Part shown: in pieces, positions 58,676 through 64,000 of the stretch | Layout of the letters: each line of letters opens with the position of its first letter | Position numbering within the stretch: position 1 is the stretch's first letter | Assembly (NCBI GenBank): GCA_018816525.1 | Contig: JAHIVV010000012.1 | Span: forward strand, 2,253-66,252 | Length of the DNA: 64,000 nucleotides | From: Elusimicrobiota bacterium | GTDB taxonomy: Bacteria; Elusimicrobiota; Endomicrobiia; CG1-02-37-114; XYA2-FULL-39-19 | Direction of reading: 5' to 3' | The notes under the pieces: model-generated | What the model was told of the DNA's origin: nothing | The model's database searches: none | What the model saw: only the letters and a program-made list of their open reading frames with translations | Made by a program: the position numbers and the translations under genes

Positions 58676-59419
58676 ATGGTTTATGAACCCCGTTTTTACC
58701 GCGATTGGACGCTTTCGGAAACCGAAAGCGATTTAGCCTCTTTTGAAGCAATAGTTAAGGAAACCGACCTTTTTATCCGCGTTAGTTCCGCTAAAAAAAA
58801 CCTTCAGAAAAAAGCCATAAATTCAATTCTGAAATACCGCCGGTCAATCGAGAAATATATTTCCCGCCATCCTGAATTTTTAAAAGCGCTGGCGCCGGTT
58901 ACCCTGGAAAAAGATGCCCCCTCAATAATCAAAGATATGATTGAGTGCGCAAAAACCTGCAATGTAGGCCCTATGGCATCTGTTGCCGGGGCTATTGCGC
59001 AGTATGCAGGCAATGATTTGCTCGCCTATTGCGATGAAGTGATTGTAGAAAACGGGGGAGATATTTTTATCAAGACGAATAAAAAAAGGCTGGTAGGAGT
59101 TTATGCCGGCAGTTCAGTATTTACAAAAAAAATTGCACTTGAAATCCTTCCGGAAAAGACCCCGCTTGGGATCTGCGCTTCTTCTGGAACCGTGGGACCC
59201 AGTTTAAGTTTCGGCAAAGCGGACGCAGTTATAATTGTTGCGCGTTCAGCTATCTTGGCTGACGCTGCGGCCACAACCGTAGGCAATGCAATCAATGAAG
59301 TATCCGATATACCAAAGGGATTGGACCTTGCCAAAACAATTAAAGGAATTAAAGGCGTCATTATTATCAAGAACGACAAACTGGGCGCCTGGGGCGAGGT
59401 AAAAATTACAGTTTGTTAG
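58676..59419 (+). CDS. UPF0280-family protein
   Basis: 247 aa, UPF0280/ApbE-like fold features. Tightly linked (4-nt gap) to the NIL-ferredoxin gene. Confidence 0.5.
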   Translation: MVYEPRFYRDWTLSETESDLASFEAIVKETDLFIRVSSAKKNLQKKAINSILKYRRSIEKYISRHPEFLKALAPVTLEKDAPSIIKDMIECAKTCNVGPMASVAGAIAQYAGNDLLAYCDEVIVENGGDIFIKTNKKRLVGVYAGSSVFTKKIALEILPEKTPLGICASSGTVGPSLSFGKADAVIIVARSAILADAAATTVGNAINEVSDIPKGLDLAKTIKGIKGVIIIKNDKLGAWGEVKITVC

Positions 59420-59484
59420 AGGGTAGCTTTAGCAATGCTATCCGGGAAAAAATGTACATGAAAATCGATAATCATTTATTAAAG

Positions 59485-60051
59485 TTAGAATGATACTTTT
59501 GGAACTGTTTTAGCAACTTCTTCCGCTTTAAAGTAAGCATCCTTCTTTTGGAAGCCGCCCATAGAAGCAACTATATTGCTTGGAAAACGCTGAACTAAAA
59601 TATTGTAAATCCGGACAACTTCATTGTATCTTTGTCTTTCAACGGAAATCCTGTTTTCAGTTCCTTCAAGAGAGTCCTGCAATCTGATGAAATTCTCGTT
59701 TGCCTTTAATTGAGGATAATTTTCCGCAATCATTAGCAGGCGGGAAACCGCGCTGTCCAGTTCGCCGGTAGCTTTTACTTTGTCATTGGTTGTTTTTGCG
59801 CCGATTAATTTTGCCCTGGCTTCTGCAACGCGCGTGAATATTTCATTTTCATGTTTTGCATAGCCTTTTACCGTGTTTATCAGGTTCGGTATAAGGTCAA
59901 GCCTTCTCTGGTACTGGTTTTCTACCTGGGCCCAGGATGCGTTGATGCTTTCGTTAAGCGTTACAAACTTATTAAAATAAGAAGCGTACATCCCGCCGAC
60001 AATTACTACAACGCCTACAATCACTCCTAAAACAATCCACACTTGTTTCAT
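59485..60051 (-). CDS. lemA: LemA family protein
   Basis: N-terminal TM plus conserved LemA helical region (AQVENQYQRRLDLIPNLINTVKGYAKHE). Confidence 0.85.
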   Translation of the reverse strand: MKQVWIVLGVIVGVVVIVGGMYASYFNKFVTLNESINASWAQVENQYQRRLDLIPNLINTVKGYAKHENEIFTRVAEARAKLIGAKTTNDKVKATGELDSAVSRLLMIAENYPQLKANENFIRLQDSLEGTENRISVERQRYNEVVRIYNILVQRFPSNIVASMGGFQKKDAYFKAEEVAKTVPKVSF

Positions 60052-60102
60052 TTTATCCTCCAGTATTTTTGAGTCGGACGAAACCCTGAAAATCCTTTCA
60101 AA

Positions 60103-60816
60103 TTATTTTCGGGGTACCATAAAACTACCTACAAAATCAATAACTTTTTCAATCTCATTTAAATAAGAGTTGAACAAAACTTCTATCTCAACTTTTTGTG
60201 CCGCCTTGTCGCCTTCCTTAATTTTAGAAACAGTTATAAAAGGTTCAGTATTAATTCTTACCTGCTTGGATAACATGCTTAAAGCGTCAATTTTTTTCGG
60301 CGGCGGTACCTGGCCGGTTAAGCGTAGGACATTCCTGAAAAGAACAAGAAAAGTTGAAATTGAGTTTATCAACAATTCTTTGATTTCTGATTGTTTGCCT
60401 TTAGTTGCCATAAACTCTTGGCAAAGTTTGAGGTATTTGCTTTTAAGCTCGTGTTCGCACTCATGGCGCAGGTTTGAAGAAACAATTTCCATGTTAACAA
60501 AGGGGTTTTCGCCGTAAAGGATTTTGTGATGCTCTTTCATATCGAGGAATTCTATGGGAAAAACGTCAAATGATTCCTCGAATTGATTGCAGGTAAAGAT
60601 GACTGGTACAGAATTATTGCTTTTTATCCACTTGTTCACAGGTTTTTGAAGTAATTTTAGTTCAGTAAATCCAAAATTTTCCAATGTAAGCAGTAAATTA
60701 TAGTCAGAACGTTTTTTTACCGCCTCTCCGCTTGCCTGGGACCCGTAAAGTACTATTGATTTTAGGTTTGAACCCAGTGTGTTTTTTAGTTCTTCAACAA
60801 ATTTTGTAAGTTCCAT
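60103..60816 (-). CDS. nucleotidyltransferase-fold protein (minimal NTase with GS...D motif plus helical C-terminal domain)
   Basis: IVLYGSQASGEAVKKRSDYNLLL resembles the Pol-beta NTase hG[GS]x9-13Dh[DE]h motif with the second acidic residue replaced by N. Likely start is ATG 60814-60816 (SD AAAGAGGTG 4 nt upstream), not the TTG at 60837 used by the track. Confidence 0.4.
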   Translation of the reverse strand: MELTKFVEELKNTLGSNLKSIVLYGSQASGEAVKKRSDYNLLLTLENFGFTELKLLQKPVNKWIKSNNSVPVIFTCNQFEESFDVFPIEFLDMKEHHKILYGENPFVNMEIVSSNLRHECEHELKSKYLKLCQEFMATKGKQSEIKELLINSISTFLVLFRNVLRLTGQVPPPKKIDALSMLSKQVRINTEPFITVSKIKEGDKAAQKVEIEVLFNSYLNEIEKVIDFVGSFMVPRK

Positions 60817-60829
60817 TGTCACCTCTTTC

Positions 60830-60866
60830 ATACCCAATGCCAGTCGCTTGGAAGACTATTGGGTAT
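60830..60866 (-). promoter_or_regulatory. conserved SD-adjacent hairpin element, copy C (intercistronic, TPM to NTase gene)
   Basis: mRNA sense ATACCCAAT-AGTCTTCCAAGCGACT-GGC-ATTGGGTAT followed by GAAAGAGGTGACAATG. Confidence 0.5.
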
Positions 60867-60884
60867 ATTTTCCCCTCCATGTTT

Positions 60885-61670
60885 TTACCAGCCTCTCGAT
60901 GCTCCACCGCCACCGCTTGAGCCTCCGCCGAATCCTCCCCAGCCGCCTCCTCCGCCGAATCCTCCGCCACCGCCTCTTCCTCCGGAAAATAGCACGTTAA
61001 GCAGCAGGAAAAAAAACAGCCCAGGGTGAAAAATCATCAGGTAAAGCAGGATAAGAAATATTATTGCGATAAAAATAATGTTTGCTAAACCTAATTTGAG
61101 CGGGGGATAACTATTTTGAGCAAGAGTTGGGATTGCGGTGTTTTCAGGTATTAAACCGTTACTAAGATCAACATTGTATTCTTTTGCTACTAGCAAGGCT
61201 ATTCCGTAAACGCCTCCCAATATTCCTTGTCCGGTATCACCCTGTTTAAAGAAGGGAATAACAGCCTTGTCCAGGATTTCACCGCAGAGCCCATCCGGTA
61301 AAGCTCCTTCCAGCCCGTAACCAACTTCAATGCGCAATTTCCGGTCTTCTGACGCTATAAGGAAAAGAATGCCGTTATTTTTATCTTTCTTCCCTATTTT
61401 CCACTTTTCAAATAATTTTACGGAATAGTCTTCAATAGCGAGGCCGTTAAGATTTTTAACCGTTACTACCGCAACTTCTGCGGAAGTTTTTTGTTCGATT
61501 TCGGCCGCAATTTTATTGATTTGTAATTGTGTTTCAGAAGGTATTATCTGGGCGAAATCGGATACCCAGCCCTGCGGGCGGGGTGTATCTAAAACGCAGC
61601 TTTGTGGGAAAGCTGAAGCTGTTAAAGATAATAAAAATGTATAAGCCAACAAATATTTTCTCATTCGCAC
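60885..61670 (-). CDS. TPM-domain (DUF477, YgcG-like) protein with Gly-rich C-terminal tail
   Basis: Signal peptide, TPM phosphatase-like domain, TM segment, GGRGGGGGFGGGGGWGGFGGG tail. Confidence 0.8.
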   Translation of the reverse strand: MRMRKYLLAYTFLLSLTASAFPQSCVLDTPRPQGWVSDFAQIIPSETQLQINKIAAEIEQKTSAEVAVVTVKNLNGLAIEDYSVKLFEKWKIGKKDKNNGILFLIASEDRKLRIEVGYGLEGALPDGLCGEILDKAVIPFFKQGDTGQGILGGVYGIALLVAKEYNVDLSNGLIPENTAIPTLAQNSYPPLKLGLANIIFIAIIFLILLYLMIFHPGLFFFLLLNVLFSGGRGGGGGFGGGGGWGGFGGGSSGGGGASRGW

Positions 61671-61752
61671 TATTCTACAGTATTATTTGATTGTAGTCAA
61701 CTCACCCGATACCGTACATTTGTGGTATCTAAAAAACCCTCTAAAAAAACCC

Positions 61753-61781
61753 TTGACTTTTTTGAAAAGCCATACTATACT
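61753..61781 (+). promoter_or_regulatory. sigma70-type promoter upstream of the riboswitch-like leader
   Basis: TTGACT (61753-61758), 17-nt spacer, TATACT (61776-61781). Confidence 0.45.
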
Positions 61782-61874
61782 TACAATATGCAAGCTTTTA
61801 ATAAGGCTTTTTTTGTTGTACTGTTCAAACAGATGGTTTTACTGTTTTTTTGATTAAATTTTTTCATTTCAAGA

Positions 61875-62001
61875 AGATCCGAAATGGCAAATCCCATGAA
61901 AATGGGAGACGCAAAGTTACAGGACTAAAGGTAAATGATTTAGAATCAGACCTATGCTCGCCGGACTGTCGAGAATGCTGGAAGCGCTTTCCTTTTAAAT
62001 T
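61875..62001 (+). ncRNA. candidate c-di-GMP class I (GEMM) riboswitch with terminator-like expression platform
   Basis: GGCAAA (61885-61890); hairpin TCCCAT-GAAA-ATGGGA with GNRA tetraloop (61891-61906); near-invariant GACGCAAAG (61907-61915). Tetraloop-receptor-like CUAAAG ... CUAUG downstream, then GGAAGCGCTTTCC stem (61979-61991) plus TTTTAAATTT. Confidence 0.55.
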
Positions 62002-62107
62002 TCTGTTGACAAACCTAATAAAACAGACTATATACGTATTAGGAGTGTTATAGGCGGAAGGGAGAGAAAAGCACTAGAAGGAACTATTAGGAGAATAGGT
62101 AATTTTT

Positions 62108-64000
62108 ATGAAAACCAGAATTTTTATTTTGCTGGTACAGTTATTTCTTTTCTGCGCGCAGGTTTCAGGCAGGGTGGGTGATGTGCAGATGAAGAGTGAC
62201 CATTCGTGGTATCCCGGCGAATTGGCTTGTTCTACCTTTGACCGTCTTTTTGCTTTTCAGTCACAAATATACACGAGGACAACAGGAAGAACAACAGTGT
62301 CTGACCAGGATAAGGCGGTGGCTTCCTGGTTTTTCAGAAACATATATTACTATCACGCTTTTGAAGGTCACGAGGACCTGGGTTATACTACTGTTGGCGC
62401 CACTCCCCATTTTAATGATGATTACTGGAAAGGGCTTTTTGCTTATGGACACGGTGAATGCGCGCCAGGCCATAACCAGATGACTGCAGAAATGGAATAT
62501 AAATTAGGCCACTGCAGGGCCAGGCAAACCGCAGTTGGTGGACACTCGTCTTTTGAGGTATGGTTAACAGGCACGGGTTATGGTTCAGGCAACTGGGCAG
62601 TAATGAATTGTGATCAGGGCACCGTTGTTTTTGATACGTCCACTTATACTTATATGCTTGGTCTGCACAAAGTTGTTTATGAAGATCAACAAAGTAGCGG
62701 TACTAATTACAATAATTATTCAAAGTATTCCTCTAATGCAGCGCCCAATGCAAATCAAGGTTGGTATAAAAACAGTATGTCAAGTTGGTACAGTATCAAT
62801 TTTGTAGGATATTGCAGTGGCTACCCGAGCGTTCCTCCGGTGGTAGAGTTAAGAAGCGGTGAGAAATTAAGGAGGTATCTTAAACCTGGTTTAGCTGATG
62901 GCAACACATATGTTTTTTTTGGTTATAATCAAGTATTGGCTGGCGTGGGTAGGGGGCCTGTCAGGGATGCCACCTGGTGCAACCAGCCGGATAAGATGTA
63001 CAGGGCAACTTCCGGTACTGGCAGTGATTATTCAAGAGGAATATATGGTAACGGTGTTTATACATATACTCCAAATTTTTCTGATGATTCTTACAAAGAA
63101 GGGGTAATCAGCGAAGATACAGGTTCTGTAACTTTTTATTTTTGCACGCCGTATGTTATCGGAGGGAGGCCTGCGCTGGCACGCAGGAATCAAAACGATA
63201 GCGGTGATTTATATCCATTTATGGTTGATTATGCAGGCGCCACGGAAGGTTTAGTAATTACAGGCAGCACTGTTGGTTGCACTGTCCAGGTTTCTTCTGA
63301 CAATGGAAATAGCTGGGCCTCAGCCCAGACCCTTTCAAATAGTTTGGATTTAACAGATTATGTAAAAGGCAACCACTCATATTTTTTGCGGTTTAACACA
63401 GCCGCTAATAACTTAAAAAGTAAAAATCTTACAATAAAGACCGTTACCCAGTGTAACGAGCGGCTAATACCGCATCTAAAGGACAATGGTTCAACGCTTA
63501 CATACCAGGCGTCGGGTAAAGCGGTTTTTAATGCTGGTCCTGGCAGGAAGCAGGCGCAGAAATATATAATCAGCGGCGGTTTTAACACTTCAGGAATAAC
63601 CATGGAAATTCCTACGCCGCACGGAGAAAAGATACTTGAAGTCTATGCTTCTGCGCTGGTAGGGTCAGGGGTTCCACCAAACACCTCTTGTATTTATAAA
63701 ATAGATTATTCCGTAAACAATGGTACGAGCTGGGAGTCAATAGTTGACAACTGGCAGATAGTTCGCAGAGGTTGGGAACCGAGTGATTTTCTATCAACCA
63801 GTTTTTACTATGGTAATAAAGATATTTCATCTAAAAATGCCGATAGTGTCAGAGTCCGGTTTTCTAATAATGGAGAAAGGGAATACAAGAGAGCGGAAGT
63901 ATATCTTGTTTATGAAAGCGCAGTGAATTCTCCTCTGTCAGTGAGATTTAATTATACTGACACTACAGGTAATCATACTGCAGAGAATACCTATCCTGCA
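62108..64000 (+). CDS. large secreted Gly/Tyr/Asn/Ser/Thr-rich protein, 3' end beyond the window (not in ORF track)
   Basis: Continuous open frame from ATG 62108 to the window end (>630 codons, translated by hand with no stop). Signal peptide MKTRIFILLVQLFLFCAQVSG. SD TAGGAGAATAGG upstream. Aromatic/Gly-rich beta-type composition. Confidence 0.7.
   Translation, partial: MKTRIFILLVQLFLFCAQVSGRVGDVQMKSDHSWYPGELACSTFDRLFAFQSQIYTRTTGRTTVSDQDKAVASWFFRNIYYYHAFEGHEDLGYTTVGATPHFNDDYWKGLFAYGHGECAPGHNQMTAEMEYKLGHCRARQTAVGGHSSFEVWLTGTGYGSGNWAVMNCDQGTVVFDTSTYTYMLGLHKVVYEDQQSSGTNYNNYSKYSSNAAPNANQGWYKNSMSSWYSINFVGYCSGYPSVPPVVELRSGEKLRRYLKPGLADGNTYVFFGYNQVLAGVGRGPVRDATWCNQPDKMYRATSGTGSDYSRGIYGNGVYTYTPNFSDDSYKEGVISEDTGSVTFYFCTPYVIGGRPALARRNQNDSGDLYPFMVDYAGATEGLVITGSTVGCTVQVSSDNGNSWASAQTLSNSLDLTDYVKGNHSYFLRFNTAANNLKSKNLTIKTVTQCNERLIPHLKDNGSTLTYQASGKAVFNAGPGRKQAQKYIISGGFNTSGITMEIPTPHGEKILEVYASALVGSGVPPNTSCIYKIDYSVNNGTSWESIVDNWQIVRRGWEPSDFLSTSFYYGNKDISSKNADSVRVRFSNNGEREYKRAEVYLVYESAVNSPLSVRFNYTDTTGNHTAENTYPA

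Noticed and set aside
62006-62034. Consensus-like TTGACA-17-TATATA promoter downstream of the riboswitch-like element
   Set aside because: Its position would bypass the riboswitch. May be a second promoter or chance AT-rich match. Not called as a feature without TSS data.
61850-62053. 67-aa ORF listed in the track upstream of the large secreted protein gene
   Set aside because: Overlaps the riboswitch-like structured leader and a promoter-like TTGACA-17-TATATA. No SD. Low-complexity basic product. Most likely non-coding.
1-64000. CRISPR arrays, rRNA genes, integrase/transposase genes
   Set aside because: No regularly spaced direct repeats, no rRNA-like sequence and no recombinase-like ORF were seen. 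The only mobile-element-like signals are the small hairpin and inverted-repeat structures reported in the findings.

Overview
This 64 kb window is chromosomal DNA from a low-GC, anaerobic, Gram-negative-type (diderm) bacterium. Gene content suggests a candidate-phylum or Omnitrophota/Elusimicrobia-like lineage, but that is a guess. Supported content includes a Bat-type aerotolerance operon, a four-subunit pyruvate:ferredoxin oxidoreductase operon, PPi-dependent phosphofructokinase, a Pal/YbgF/TolB cluster, a bactofilin/M23-peptidase cell-shape pair, the rpmH-rnpA-yidD-yidC-jag-mnmE housekeeping cluster, a DUF39/NIL-ferredoxin/UPF0280 sulfur-incorporation trio, and many housekeeping genes. The ORF track apparently lists only complete ORFs of at least 60 aa (ATG/TTG/GTG starts shown as M). 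It therefore misses ribosomal protein L34 (46 aa) and a large secreted-protein ORF (>630 aa) that runs off the 3' end of the window. The most interesting signals found by eye are: (1) a c-di-GMP class I (GEMM) riboswitch-like leader immediately upstream of that large secreted Gly/Tyr/Asn-rich protein; (2) a three-copy family of structured hairpins with compensatory stem changes, each placed directly 5' of the Shine-Dalgarno of a minus-strand gene, one of them flanked by a perfect 12-bp SD-containing direct repeat; (3) an RluD-type pseudouridine synthase fused in frame to a signal-peptide/coiled-coil/TM module; (4) a G9 homopolymer in the pal leader; (5) decayed fragments of a response-regulator receiver and a T9SS-type C-terminal sorting domain. 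No CRISPR array, rRNA or convincing tRNA gene was seen.
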